A stretch of 64,000 bases of DNA, taken from Bacteroidales bacterium. Its GTDB lineage: Bacteria; Bacteroidota; Bacteroidia; Bacteroidales; ML635J-15. The notes below the pieces were generated by a model. It was given only the letters and a program-made list of their open reading frames with translations, did not search any database and had not been told where the DNA came from. The stretch lies in NCBI GenBank assembly GCA_035343375.1, contig DAOQYW010000006.1:14230-78229 (forward strand). The letters run 5' to 3'. The position numbers and the translations under genes were made by a program. Shown piece by piece: positions 45,448 through 56,174 of this stretch (position 1 is its first letter; every line of letters begins with the position of its first letter).

Positions 45448-47770
45448 TGTTTTTTCTTTTTTTTCTTATTATTAAAATTACTATCACAACTATGACTATT
45501 ATTATGAAAACAGCACCAATGCCGATTATAATGAAACCTATCAGCATATCTGAGCTATCTTCTGAAACTGATTGACTAGCCGATTTTTTTGTCTTATCAG
45601 GATTTGCATCTTCGTTTATGTCATCTTCGTTAATTCCATCATCTTCTTTAATGATTTCGTCAAGATCTATGCACCAGTCAGGTTTTTTAAATTTTGTTTC
45701 TTCTATTTTTTTACCTGAAACTACTACTGCTTGTTTATTTGAAATTACAACAGGTTTATATCCAGGGTTAATATCAGTACTTATTTCCATCTTTCCTTCA
45801 AGACCATAAATTTTAATTTCATCAGAGTTTTCTATTGCGAATTCAGTATCTAATCCTCTTATATAAGCCAGGGGACTAAAAACATGTACACCATCCTTCA
45901 TGATGCCATAATTTCTGTTGTGTAAACTAACAATAAAATGACTTCCGTCTGATTTTGTACTTTTGAAGATAGCTTTACCCCTGAACATTCTGATTTCCAT
46001 TTGATGTGGACTGCAATTTTGTATATATATTTCTGAGTTTTCTTCCAAAAATATTGATCCCCATATTACATTACCGGCTTTTAAATGAATTATAGCAGTT
46101 CCTTCTTTTGTAATTATTGCATCAGTTAAGCTGAATTTTAACGGGAATGTCTTTATTTGTTCTTCAACGAAATCATCTCCTTTAAAATATCCTCTATAAA
46201 CTTCTCCTTTTGATGCTTTTGAAAGTTCAGGATATACCATTATGTTTCGTTCCTGTTTAATATCTGTTTCCAACCAGTGTAGAATCTGTTTTTCTACATC
46301 AGGATGGTCAGTTAAAGCAAACCCACTTGATAAGTCCGAAGAATGGGGAACATCATAGAGTACATAAGAAGCCACCATATTTAGATGTGCTGAATTTGAC
46401 CAAACGACATAATCCCATGGAACAGTATATATGTTTCCAAATTGAATGCCTTTTACTAAATGTGTCCCGCTCGCTTCTCCCGAATTTAATCTTTTTAAAA
46501 ATGAACTATTCTCCTTAAGTTGTTGAATACCAATTTTATGCGTGTTATACCATGATGCACCCTGTTTTCCAGCCCAATATCCAATCCAATCATAAAAATT
46601 GTCATCATTTCCTACTCCGTGATGTGGTGTGCCAACAGTTATTAATTTTCTTACGTTATTGTCATAAATCCTGCTTTGAACATATTGCCTTGCTATCAAT
46701 CCGCCCATCGAGTGACAAATAAGATCTACCTTTTTGACTTTTATGGCGACTTTATCGAAATATTCTTGTATATTTTGTTTTAACAATCTGGATTGATCCT
46801 CAATCGAACCGGCTCCTGCATGGTAATTATGAGTAAATGTGAAATATCCTTTGTTCCCTAAATTGCCGCTCATCTTAGACCAAGTACCTGCTGTACCCAA
46901 AAACCCGTGAATGAAAAATATGGGCGTTCTGCAAACATTTACTATTACAGTATCAGTTACATATTTATCTTTATGATTACTATATGTAACTACTAATGCA
47001 ACCGGAATAGTCTTTTTATATTGATAATCATAATTATTTTGATCCCTTTTTACTTGTTTTGACTCTGAATATTTATCCCAGTTTTTCTGCGAAATGTACT
47101 TTGGTGGATAATATCTTATTGTTGCATATCCGGATTCATCAAGTGGAACATTAAAGGAATGTTCGTCTGAATTGTTGAAGTTTTTTCCTCTGATATTTCC
47201 AAATTTAGGATTAGTGACTCTTACTGATTTGTTTCCAGGGTAGTTAAGGTACAGCTCTAAATACGAAACGCCGTCTGTTGCAACTGTATTATATTCTATC
47301 TTTCCATTGGTTTCGTACTTTGTTTCAAACATTGTCGAATCTATATTAACATATTTTATAAGATCGACTTTTACTTTACAAGCTTGATTGCTATAATAAT
47401 TATGAGATCCGTTAACTGTAATAATGAATGATTTAAATGAAGAATCCTGATTATATCTGCTAAAATACTGGTCATATTTAAATATTACGTTTGGTTGCCC
47501 TTTGTCAATTACAGTTACCCATACATCATATTTGTTCTTGCATACAACAGTAATACCTTCACATTTTCCCGAAACAACTGTAAACACAAGAGAGGTGCTG
47601 TCCAACAAGCTTTTGTTAAATTCCAAGCTCTGTCCACCCTTTTCATTGTCACCAGTGCCAAAATTTTCAACATATCCAAAATGTTTTCGAATCTGTACTT
47701 TCTTTGTTTGAGCAGATATAATAAATGTAGTTGCCAAAAGAATTGTTAAGGCAGATAATAGTCTTTTCAT
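45419..47770 (-). CDS. Alpha/beta-hydrolase (lipase class 2-like) protein with FecR-like domain and C-terminal TM anchor
   Basis: Signal peptide. PIFFIHGF oxyanion region and nucleophile elbow CHSMGG. A FecR-like beta-sandwich pattern after residue ~560. An acidic linker, then the TM helix IGFIIIGIGAVFIIIVIVVIVILII, then RKKRK. Confidence 0.7.
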   Translation of the reverse strand: MKRLLSALTILLATTFIISAQTKKVQIRKHFGYVENFGTGDNEKGGQSLEFNKSLLDSTSLVFTVVSGKCEGITVVCKNKYDVWVTVIDKGQPNVIFKYDQYFSRYNQDSSFKSFIITVNGSHNYYSNQACKVKVDLIKYVNIDSTMFETKYETNGKIEYNTVATDGVSYLELYLNYPGNKSVRVTNPKFGNIRGKNFNNSDEHSFNVPLDESGYATIRYYPPKYISQKNWDKYSESKQVKRDQNNYDYQYKKTIPVALVVTYSNHKDKYVTDTVIVNVCRTPIFFIHGFLGTAGTWSKMSGNLGNKGYFTFTHNYHAGAGSIEDQSRLLKQNIQEYFDKVAIKVKKVDLICHSMGGLIARQYVQSRIYDNNVRKLITVGTPHHGVGNDDNFYDWIGYWAGKQGASWYNTHKIGIQQLKENSSFLKRLNSGEASGTHLVKGIQFGNIYTVPWDYVVWSNSAHLNMVASYVLYDVPHSSDLSSGFALTDHPDVEKQILHWLETDIKQERNIMVYPELSKASKGEVYRGYFKGDDFVEEQIKTFPLKFSLTDAIITKEGTAIIHLKAGNVIWGSIFLEENSEIYIQNCSPHQMEIRMFRGKAIFKSTKSDGSHFIVSLHNRNYGIMKDGVHVFSPLAYIRGLDTEFAIENSDEIKIYGLEGKMEISTDINPGYKPVVISNKQAVVVSGKKIEETKFKKPDWCIDLDEIIKEDDGINEDDINEDANPDKTKKSASQSVSEDSSDMLIGFIIIGIGAVFIIIVIVVIVILIIRKKRKNNENKTFNSN

Positions 47771-48133
47771 AAAAGAAATATGTTTTTATTTGTAATTATT
47801 TATCAATTTTGAAATACTGTTTCTTATTGTGCAATCCACTTGATAAATTTTTAATAGTGCTATTTTAAAAAAGCTTTACAAAGATATTTTAAAATATTTA
47901 TTTACAAAATATTAGGCAGTTTTTTTTCGTAATTAAGGATTTTACTACTTGCATTGCTATGTGTTTGAGTTTTATTATGTTTGTTTTAAAATTGATTAAA
48001 AAATGAATCTGCTGGCTATTAAATCATATTATTAGGCTAAATTTTTGCATGTGGGGTAGTGATTTGTAATAAAAATCCGTTATTATTATAAGTTCATACA
48101 ACTTTTTGATATGACAACTGCACTTTAAGTTAA

Positions 48134-48661
48134 ATGGAAACACAAAACCTGCAGATATTGATAGAAGGATGTCTAAAAAATGACAGAAATTCGCAAAAAC
48201 AGATTTATGATTTGTACAAAAATGCAATGTATTCGGTTTGTTTGAGAATCTGTGCTGATTGTGACGATGCTAAAGATGCTTTGCAGGAGGGTTTTGTTGA
48301 AGTTTTTAAGTGTATAAATGCTTTTCGTTCAGAGTCCAGTCTGGGTGCCTGGATAAAGACAATTATGGTAAGAAGGGCAATTCGGAAACTTAAAAAACTC
48401 AAATTTGAAAAATTCCCTGCAAATCTTCATGAACCGATTGAATTTGAGTCGGATATAAGCGGAGAGGAGTTGCATAAAGCAATTCTAATGCTTGATGAAG
48501 GATATCGCAGTGTTTTTGTGTTATATGAAGTAGAAGGATATTCGCATCAGGAAATTTCCCGAATCTTGAAAATAAGCGAAGGAACCTCAAAGTCCCAACT
48601 ACATTACGCAAAGAAAAAGTTGCAGTTAATCTTACAAAAAATATATGGCTATGAAAGATAA
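48134..48661 (+). CDS. ECF-type RNA polymerase sigma-70 factor
   Basis: Region 2 (DAKDALQEGFVEVF, AWIKTIMVRRAI) and region 4 HTH (GYSHQEISRILKISEGTSKSQLHYAKKKL). Confidence 0.9.
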   Translation: METQNLQILIEGCLKNDRNSQKQIYDLYKNAMYSVCLRICADCDDAKDALQEGFVEVFKCINAFRSESSLGAWIKTIMVRRAIRKLKKLKFEKFPANLHEPIEFESDISGEELHKAILMLDEGYRSVFVLYEVEGYSHQEISRILKISEGTSKSQLHYAKKKLQLILQKIYGYER

Positions 48662-49835
48662 TAAACTAAATAAAGCAATTACAGATTTGCCGGTATTCGA
48701 AGCTCCGGATGTATGGCCGATGATTGTAAAAGAATTGTCTTCTGATTCAGATAGAAAATATTTCTTTATTGCTCTTTTTCTTATTTTGTCATTAGGTCTG
48801 GCTTTGTCTTTAGTAAATATTAGTAGTGGAACCAATCAAAGATATTATCAATCTGAAATTAACCAGCCAATTGATGACTATATTAGTTATAATAGCTTAG
48901 GTGAAAATATCGAAGTGATTTCTCCGGTTTATACCGAAAATAATTCATTTGATGCAGAAGAAAATCAGGAATTTGTTAATGACAACGAAATTTTAATTCC
49001 ACAAAATATTGTTAAAGAGATTACAACAATTGATTATACTAATACATTTGAAAATTTAGGAATATTTGGTTATAAAAGCATATTGTTGATTGTCGAGAAA
49101 GGCGAAAACCTTGTAAATAATCCTTCGTTTGAAGAGTTTACAATTTGTCCGAAAGGAATTGTCGGAAAACCAGAGAAGAAGCTTATTCCACATTGGGATG
49201 TTCCCAGCAAAGGAACCCCTGATTATTTTAACTCGTGCTGTGATGGAGAAGCCGGAGTTCCTCAGAATTTTGCAGGAAAGATGTTTGCCAGGACAGGTAA
49301 AGGGTACTGTGGAATAATTCTTCGACAAAACTTTACAAGAGACAACAAAATTACAGGAGAAAAACCGCTGATTTATCGTGAATATATTCAAACTGAACTT
49401 AAGTCTGAATTAGTTCAGGGAAAAAAATACAGGATCAGATTTTATGTGTGCAATTCTTCAAATTCAAGATTCGCAGTAGATGCGATCGGAGCATGTGTTA
49501 CAACGGAAAAGGTAAAATTAAATACTAAAGAGGTAATGGAATTGATCCCTATTGTTGAAAATCCGTCAGGTCAATTTCTTACTAATCAGTCATCTTGGGT
49601 TGTGATTGAAGGCATTTATCAGGCTCAGGGAGGAGAGAAATTTTTGACAATCGGGAATTTTTATAACAATTATTCTACTAATTACATTATGCAAAATGGT
49701 AATTCTAAATTTAATTATGCTTACTATTATATTGATGATGTAAGTGTTTATGAAGTGGAAGAAATGTTTGAAACAAGGTTGATTACTGATAGTATTGTGG
49801 AAGCAGAAAATTATTGTCAGAATACCGATTTTTAG
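48645..49835 (+). CDS. Single-pass membrane protein, candidate anti-sigma factor
   Basis: Overlaps the sigma gene stop by 17 nt. Short cytoplasmic N-terminus, one TM helix (YFFIALFLILSLGLALSLV) and a large external domain. No zf-HC2 motif seen. Confidence 0.45.
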   Translation: MAMKDNKLNKAITDLPVFEAPDVWPMIVKELSSDSDRKYFFIALFLILSLGLALSLVNISSGTNQRYYQSEINQPIDDYISYNSLGENIEVISPVYTENNSFDAEENQEFVNDNEILIPQNIVKEITTIDYTNTFENLGIFGYKSILLIVEKGENLVNNPSFEEFTICPKGIVGKPEKKLIPHWDVPSKGTPDYFNSCCDGEAGVPQNFAGKMFARTGKGYCGIILRQNFTRDNKITGEKPLIYREYIQTELKSELVQGKKYRIRFYVCNSSNSRFAVDAIGACVTTEKVKLNTKEVMELIPIVENPSGQFLTNQSSWVVIEGIYQAQGGEKFLTIGNFYNNYSTNYIMQNGNSKFNYAYYYIDDVSVYEVEEMFETRLITDSIVEAENYCQNTDF

Positions 49836-49913
49836 TAAATCTTTTTAAATCATATAACTTCGAATGTAAAGATTTTGTATATTTGCAGAAATCAACCAAT
49901 TAATTTATTTAAT

Positions 49914-50594
49914 ATGAGAAAAAATACAATTATTTATCTGCTAATGTGTCTTGTGGTAATTATTTGTAACGGTTGCTCAGGTAATGGTACTTCTGAAAAG
50001 AATAAACCAGTAATCCGGGTTACCAAGACTTATAATCTAAACACAGAATTGAGTAGTCTGAATTGGATTAGAAATGTTGATTATATTCACATTACTAAAA
50101 AGGTCAAGGTGTTTGGCGTATATGCTGACGTTAGTCTTGATAATGTTCAGTTGGAAACTTCCGGGGAATCGAAATTGACTGGTGGTAGCATAGTGGTTAT
50201 TGATAATAAAATTGAATCGGGAATTGTGGAAATTGACTTATCATTGACCCGTTTTTACAGCGATGAAGAAGAAAGCTTTTTTGTTAATGAAACCTATCCT
50301 CCTGCTAAATTAATGATTCAGAGTTTTGCAAAAGACAGTGTTTCTGATAATCATTACATAGCTAAAGGAACCGTTACAATAAATGAAAAAACCACAGATA
50401 TAGAATTTCCAGTAGAAATAAATATTGATGATAATTCAAATCTGTTTTTCAAGGCAAATTACCAGATACAGACTTCCGATTGGCAAATATTAAAACAACC
50501 AAAACCTGAGAATGTTAATTATGATAGAATTAATTTCAGCTTTGATTTGGTGTTTGATAATGTTGTGGAAAAAACTGACACAGTTAGTTTTTAG
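49914..50594 (+). CDS. Lipoprotein, possibly YceI-like
   Basis: Lipobox ICNGCSG from the internal ATG. Weak resemblance to YceI blocks (ETYPPAKLMIQSF, GTVTINEKTTDIEFPVEI). Confidence 0.45.
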   Translation: MRKNTIIYLLMCLVVIICNGCSGNGTSEKNKPVIRVTKTYNLNTELSSLNWIRNVDYIHITKKVKVFGVYADVSLDNVQLETSGESKLTGGSIVVIDNKIESGIVEIDLSLTRFYSDEEESFFVNETYPPAKLMIQSFAKDSVSDNHYIAKGTVTINEKTTDIEFPVEINIDDNSNLFFKANYQIQTSDWQILKQPKPENVNYDRINFSFDLVFDNVVEKTDTVSF

Positions 50595-50781
50595 TTATTA
50601 AAGTTTCACAATTTAATTTTGACAATTCGCCACAGAAATAAGCATTGAAAATTTACTTTTTTTTTGCAATCTTTCTCTGCCCCAAGCCCTAAGCCCTAAG
50701 GACAAATAGGCTGGTAATAAAAATTAATTTCATATAAAGCTAAATAGTTACTATTATTTGTAACTTGCACAAAATTTTATC

Positions 50782-51711
50782 ATGGATACTTTAAATACGG
50801 ATAGACCTAAGTCCGGTAAAGATAATACGAAGAAGTCTTTTAATGCCGGTATTACTCAATTTTTGGTTGATGAAGAGTGTCGTTTATTAGAATTTCTCAT
50901 GAAGAAGTTTCCTGAAAAAAGTAGAAACAAACTTAAGTCCTGGCTTAAAAATAAAAATGTAGAGATTAGTAATTCTGTTGAGACATCTGCTACAAAAAAA
51001 CTATCAATTGGAGATAAAGTTGAAGTTTTTCAGGGAAGAATTCATGAGAGAAAAGATTTGTGTGGTATTAAGATATTTTATGAGGATGATTATATTATTG
51101 TTATTGAAAAGCCTTGTGGAGTTTTGTCGGTTCCGGCATATAAAGAAGAACATACAAGTGCATACAATATTTTATCTGACTATGTAAAAAGAAAAAACAA
51201 TAGAAAGATATATCCTGTTCACAGGCTTGATGGCAGAGTTTCGGGTGTAATGATGTTTGCATTAAAACCCGATATTCAATTAATTTTAAAGGATAATTGG
51301 AAAGAAATGGTTTTTGAACGAAAGTACATAGCTGTAACTTCCGGAGCATTAAAGAAAAAAGACGGAACAATTTCCTCATATCTGGCAGAAAATAAAATGT
51401 ATAAAGTATATTCAACAAATGATACCGAAAAAGGCAAATTAGCGATTACTAATTATAAAACTATTAAGACAATAAATAATTATTCTTTATTGGAAGTAAA
51501 ACTAGACACAGGTCGAAAGAATCAAATCAGAGTACAACTAAGTGATATTGGAGCTCCGATAGTAGGAGACGAAAAATATGGGTCTAATGAAAATCCTTTT
51601 GGGAGAATAGGTTTACATGCATGGATTTTAGGAGTTATACATCCTGTTAGCAAGGAAAAGATGAGGTTTGAGAGTAAGATACCGGAGGAATTTCAGAAAT
51701 TGTTCAAATAA
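50782..51711 (+). CDS. RluA-family pseudouridine synthase with S4-like N-domain
   Basis: Catalytic motif HRLDGRVSGVMMFA. Also the KPCGVLS and GRKNQIRVQL blocks. Confidence 0.88.
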   Translation: MDTLNTDRPKSGKDNTKKSFNAGITQFLVDEECRLLEFLMKKFPEKSRNKLKSWLKNKNVEISNSVETSATKKLSIGDKVEVFQGRIHERKDLCGIKIFYEDDYIIVIEKPCGVLSVPAYKEEHTSAYNILSDYVKRKNNRKIYPVHRLDGRVSGVMMFALKPDIQLILKDNWKEMVFERKYIAVTSGALKKKDGTISSYLAENKMYKVYSTNDTEKGKLAITNYKTIKTINNYSLLEVKLDTGRKNQIRVQLSDIGAPIVGDEKYGSNENPFGRIGLHAWILGVIHPVSKEKMRFESKIPEEFQKLFK

Positions 51712-52900
51712 TAACATCAGTAATTACTTTTTTCTTAAGATTGTCAATATGCACGTTGATAAATCCTTGTTCAAAATCATTTGTACAATATGCAGCAACG
51801 AATTCATCAAGACTAATTTTTTGACCTGAAACGGGAGGGAAGAGACTATCTTGTATAGCTCCGGCTATTCCGGTAGGCATTCCGTCAGAGCCAAAGATTA
51901 AGTCTTTTCCGGGAACAAATCCGGCACTGTCAATTAGCATTCTGAACGGATTGTTGGTTTCACAGTAATGTTGAGTCAATCTGTCAGAATATATTACAGA
52001 ATCCATATTAAAATTAGGTTGCATACTCAATATTAATCCAAGATCTTTAGCAATAAATGCTTGCTTTTTTGTTATAAATTGAGCGTGTTCCAATCGAACT
52101 TTAATATCCGAACTTCTTTTTAGGATTTTACTTAATGAACTTAGTACTTGCTCTATTGCAATATCTCCAATACAATGAATAGCAATATCTTTTTTAAACT
52201 CAGATATTTCTACAAGTTTATCTAAAAGATCTTTATCAGTATAAATTAATAATCCTTTTTCTGATGTTTTGTATCCGTATATTGCAGCACTTGAGGCTCC
52301 AATAGCTCCGTCTGTAAATAATTTAACTCCGCGACACAAGTCCTTATATTTTTTTTGAAGATTAGGGTAAATGTCCGGGTTTGTCCATATTTCCGTATAA
52401 GCATAGAAGTCAATTTCAGACAGCAAGTTAAAAATATTGTTTGATGCAACAAACATATCAGCAGTAAAACATACCCCAGCATTCAGGTTTTTTTTAAGTG
52501 CTAGGTCTAATGTGTTTTTATTAAAACTGAATAATTCGGATAAGTAGGCTAATATCTTTCTTAAATTTTTTTCGACCCAAATTTGATTGTTATTGTTTTC
52601 TACCCATTCGGAGTAGTCTTTGGATATTTCATATTCCGCTTTTTTATTGAAAACATATTTATGTAAAGAATTATTGCAAATAATAACAGGAGGTAGTGAT
52701 TCTAATTCTGCTTCTGAAAAACTGTAAAAAGAATCGAACCAACCTATTACAACATTTACATTTTCCGGCGCTAATTCTTTCAGTGTTTGTAAAGCCTTAT
52801 TTTTGTTCTTTACGTAAAATAAATTTTCTGCGGTATTAAGTACAGAATAAGTAAATAGATGATTATGATTATCTTTAAGCAGTGGAATACGTGTCATCAC
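51704..52900 (-). CDS. Amidohydrolase family protein (Amidohydro_3-like)
   Basis: FTDGAIG, IHCIGD, LEHAQF and FGSDGMP metal-ligand contexts. Confidence 0.7.
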   Translation of the reverse strand: MMTRIPLLKDNHNHLFTYSVLNTAENLFYVKNKNKALQTLKELAPENVNVVIGWFDSFYSFSEAELESLPPVIICNNSLHKYVFNKKAEYEISKDYSEWVENNNNQIWVEKNLRKILAYLSELFSFNKNTLDLALKKNLNAGVCFTADMFVASNNIFNLLSEIDFYAYTEIWTNPDIYPNLQKKYKDLCRGVKLFTDGAIGASSAAIYGYKTSEKGLLIYTDKDLLDKLVEISEFKKDIAIHCIGDIAIEQVLSSLSKILKRSSDIKVRLEHAQFITKKQAFIAKDLGLILSMQPNFNMDSVIYSDRLTQHYCETNNPFRMLIDSAGFVPGKDLIFGSDGMPTGIAGAIQDSLFPPVSGQKISLDEFVAAYCTNDFEQGFINVHIDNLKKKVITDVII

Positions 52901-55047
52901 TCATCCTCATAAATAATTTCTTCATCCGATTCGAGTTGACCGATTACCTTAAACTCAGTTCTTCTATTTTTCTGACGACCTTCGGGATTATCTCTACCGT
53001 CAGGATGAGAATTTGGAGCAATCGGGAAATTTTCCCCATATCCTTTTGCAACAAGACGTTCAGGGTTAATACCTTTTAAAATCAAATAATTAACAACAGA
53101 TTGAGCTCTGTTTTGAGAAAGAATCATATTATTGTATTCTGTGTCAATACTATCTGTATGTGAACTGATTTCAACAATAATTTCGGGGTATGCTAAAAGG
53201 ATTTTATAAATAGTGTTGTCAATTGTTTGCTTTGCTGTTGTAGTTAAATCAAATCTTGCGAATTCATAATAAATATTTTGTACTATAAATGATTGAACCG
53301 GAAAAGTGTTTACAATAATTGCGTCAAGTTCTAATGTGTCTGATCTTGTAATGTTCTTTGTAGTAAATGGTAATCTAATTTCTTTTTTATTAAAATCTTT
53401 AACAGAAACAATGTAATCATTGCCTTGTTCTAGGTTAAAGAAATATGATCCTGAGCTCGTAAAATCAGTTTTTACAAACATTTCCTTGCCAGTTTTTTTG
53501 TCTAACATAAATAAATTTACCGGATAATCATAAAGTAGCTCAATTTCTTCGCTTTGGTCTAGCACATCAAGACTAATAGCCATTTCATTTTTATATTCCT
53601 GCTCAATACTTTTAAAAAACAGTGAATCTGTTATCCCAAATACTTTTCCTGTTACAGCAATGTTTATGTAATCTTTATAAATAAACTCATAAATGTCATC
53701 ACAGCAGTTTTCGTTACGAAGTGAATACCCGCCGGTTCGGTTTGATACCATAAAACCGTTTTGTCTGCTATCATCTAAAATATAATATAAATCATCAAAA
53801 CTTGAGTTTATTGGGTAACCCACATTTACAGGTCCGTCAAAACTTTTACCTTCGCCAAATGTTTTAAAAATATCAAAACCGCCTAGTCCTGGTAATCCGT
53901 TTGAACTATAATACAATATTTTAGTTTCAATATTATAATATGGTGTAATTTCATTTGCAATAGTATTTATTCTTTTACCACAGTTTTTAGGTTCTTTCCA
54001 TTCTCCTTTTTTTCTGTCATAATAAGTAAACCATAAATCCATTCCTCCTCTGCCTTCAGCTCTGTCTGAAACAAAATAAAGTACGTCTGTGTGTAATCTT
54101 GAAACACCGGTTGTAGGCATACTATTACTTGTGCCAAGCATATTTATAATGTCCGGTAATGCAACCGGTTCTTGCCATTCATTATTTTCAAGTGTAGAAA
54201 CGAATATTTTACAAATGATATTTCTGTTATAATCCTTTTCACACCTCGAAAAATAAAATCTGTTTTTATCATAAGAGAATGCTCCATTACCGGTATTGAT
54301 ATTTTCACCGTTTATCAAAGGGTTAAATTCTCCAAGATTTTTCCATGTATCTCCGTTGCGCTGTGCTAAATAAAATTTCCTTACAGGTAATTTGTCTGTT
54401 TCAGGATTATAGTATTTTATCTCGGATTCAGGTAAAGAGGCAAAAATCAATTTATCTTTTTCATACGGAATTGGTGAAAAGTCTATGTGTGGTTTGTTGA
54501 CAGTGGTGTCAAGTAATTTAATAACAACATTTAGAGAACTATCTTTGAGTATTTTTGCCGAACTTATACCTTCTATGTGAGTTTTTGCCAATTTAGATTC
54601 TTCTTTATATTTTCCACTTTTCTTTGCTTCGGATACAAATTGATTATAAAAGTGTTTTGCATCTTCATATTCGCCTAAACTATGCATACAACTTGCATAA
54701 TTAAATAAATCCATTAAATTTTTTTCCGGATCATTTTTATAAGTATTGTACAAATAAACCTTGGCTTCTTTATAGTTTTTTTCCCTAAAATACAATCTTC
54801 CTAGTGAACTCTGAACCTTTGGATTTCCCGGACGCATTTCATCATATATTTTATAATAGTCAATAGCCGTAAAGATATCTCCTGATTTTTCTGCAATTTT
54901 TGCTTGCTTTAGTAATTGACCGGGCGATAATTTAATGGAATTGTTATTTTGAGCGTAGCATAAGCTTGAAATCAAAATAAAGGCAGGTATAATCCATATT
55001 TTCTTTATCATCTTTTTGTGCTTTTTTAACCTGTTTATTTTAGTCAT
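52897..55047 (-). CDS. OmpA-family protein with TPR, TolB-like beta-propeller and OmpA C-terminal domains
   Basis: N-terminal TPR-like repeats and WD40-like PD40 segments. C-terminal OmpA peptidoglycan-binding motif (SSHTDSIDTEYNNMILSQNRAQSVVNYL...GYGENFP). An alternative start gives MIKKIW at 55011. Confidence 0.8.
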   Translation of the reverse strand: MTKINRLKKHKKMIKKIWIIPAFILISSLCYAQNNNSIKLSPGQLLKQAKIAEKSGDIFTAIDYYKIYDEMRPGNPKVQSSLGRLYFREKNYKEAKVYLYNTYKNDPEKNLMDLFNYASCMHSLGEYEDAKHFYNQFVSEAKKSGKYKEESKLAKTHIEGISSAKILKDSSLNVVIKLLDTTVNKPHIDFSPIPYEKDKLIFASLPESEIKYYNPETDKLPVRKFYLAQRNGDTWKNLGEFNPLINGENINTGNGAFSYDKNRFYFSRCEKDYNRNIICKIFVSTLENNEWQEPVALPDIINMLGTSNSMPTTGVSRLHTDVLYFVSDRAEGRGGMDLWFTYYDRKKGEWKEPKNCGKRINTIANEITPYYNIETKILYYSSNGLPGLGGFDIFKTFGEGKSFDGPVNVGYPINSSFDDLYYILDDSRQNGFMVSNRTGGYSLRNENCCDDIYEFIYKDYINIAVTGKVFGITDSLFFKSIEQEYKNEMAISLDVLDQSEEIELLYDYPVNLFMLDKKTGKEMFVKTDFTSSGSYFFNLEQGNDYIVSVKDFNKKEIRLPFTTKNITRSDTLELDAIIVNTFPVQSFIVQNIYYEFARFDLTTTAKQTIDNTIYKILLAYPEIIVEISSHTDSIDTEYNNMILSQNRAQSVVNYLILKGINPERLVAKGYGENFPIAPNSHPDGRDNPEGRQKNRRTEFKVIGQLESDEEIIYEDE

Positions 55048-55070
55048 TATATCAACTATTAGAAATAGAA

Positions 55071-56093
55071 TTAATACCTGTCACAAGGCAAAGTTATTGT
55101 ATTTAGTGTTTTACTGATATTCTTATAAATCAGCGAAATTTCCAAAGCTCCTTTGTTGTTAGTAGCAGCCTGTAGGGCAGATATGTTAACATCATAACTT
55201 ACTCCGATGTCAAATCCATAAACACTTAAGCCACCTGTGAAAATTACTGCATCAATATTGTTTAAAGAGTATCTTGCATGAGCTCCGGCAAAAATCTTAT
55301 CAAACACACCAGGTTCGGTAAAAACATAGTGAAACAATGCTCCAAAAACCCAGTCGCTGGCACGTTTATGATACATAGTTAAAAATGAAGGATTTAAATA
55401 TAGTTTGTTCTTTAAAGGGAAATAAACGCCACCGTTAAAGACTATTCTCATTGGCAATCTTTGATCCTGACGCAAAAATGACTCAACCGGTGTATTTATG
55501 TGAAACAAAGCTGCTCCAAAATATGTTTTACTTTTATTTACACTCAAAGAGTAGTTCATACCGGCATTTATATCAGTGTAATTGATGTTTTCATCCCATG
55601 AATCGGTATTATTTGGTAAATTCGGGTCAAAGTAACCAGTAATAGTATTAAATTGACTTGGTAATGACAATCCTGTCATTGAAAAACTTTTAAGCACGTA
55701 ACCTGCCTGAACTCCTATTCCAAATGTATGTATATTGTCAACCGTAAATATGTAATTGCAGGAAACAAAAATTTTATTAACATTTAAGTTACTTGCTCCC
55801 GAATTATCATTAACAAAGAAAGCACCCATTCCGAATTTTGAAGTCTGGTTAACCTTAAATGGTTTGTCAAGTCCTCCCGAAATTGTTTGATAAGGAATAC
55901 CTATTGCAGACCATTGTGTTCTGTAATTATTCGTAAAACGCCAATTCCCATTAAAGAAACCCGTTTCGGCAGGATTTATAGACAGAGGAGATGCGTAGAA
56001 CTGACTAAAGTGTATGTCTTGCGCCAGAGTAATTTTAGGTGTTGTGCCCCAAAATATCGTTACTAATGATAAAAAAAATATAAACTTTTTCAA
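55071..56093 (-). CDS. PorP/SprF-family type IX secretion system membrane protein
   Basis: Hallmark N-terminus QDIHFSQFYASPLSINPAETG. About 340 aa, beta-barrel-like. Confidence 0.88.
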   Translation of the reverse strand: MKKFIFFLSLVTIFWGTTPKITLAQDIHFSQFYASPLSINPAETGFFNGNWRFTNNYRTQWSAIGIPYQTISGGLDKPFKVNQTSKFGMGAFFVNDNSGASNLNVNKIFVSCNYIFTVDNIHTFGIGVQAGYVLKSFSMTGLSLPSQFNTITGYFDPNLPNNTDSWDENINYTDINAGMNYSLSVNKSKTYFGAALFHINTPVESFLRQDQRLPMRIVFNGGVYFPLKNKLYLNPSFLTMYHKRASDWVFGALFHYVFTEPGVFDKIFAGAHARYSLNNIDAVIFTGGLSVYGFDIGVSYDVNISALQAATNNKGALEISLIYKNISKTLNTITLPCDRY

Positions 56094-56174
56094 TGCTCAG
56101 TTTTTTTATTTCGTTCAAATATAGTATTTTTGTTTGTAAAGAAACAAATTTTACTTTAAAAAAAGCACTGGAGC

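Noticed and set aside
50684-50701. Telomere-like aagccctaagccctaagg repeat in an intergenic region
   Set aside because: It has only two 7-nt units, with no further copies or associated structure. Most likely chance.
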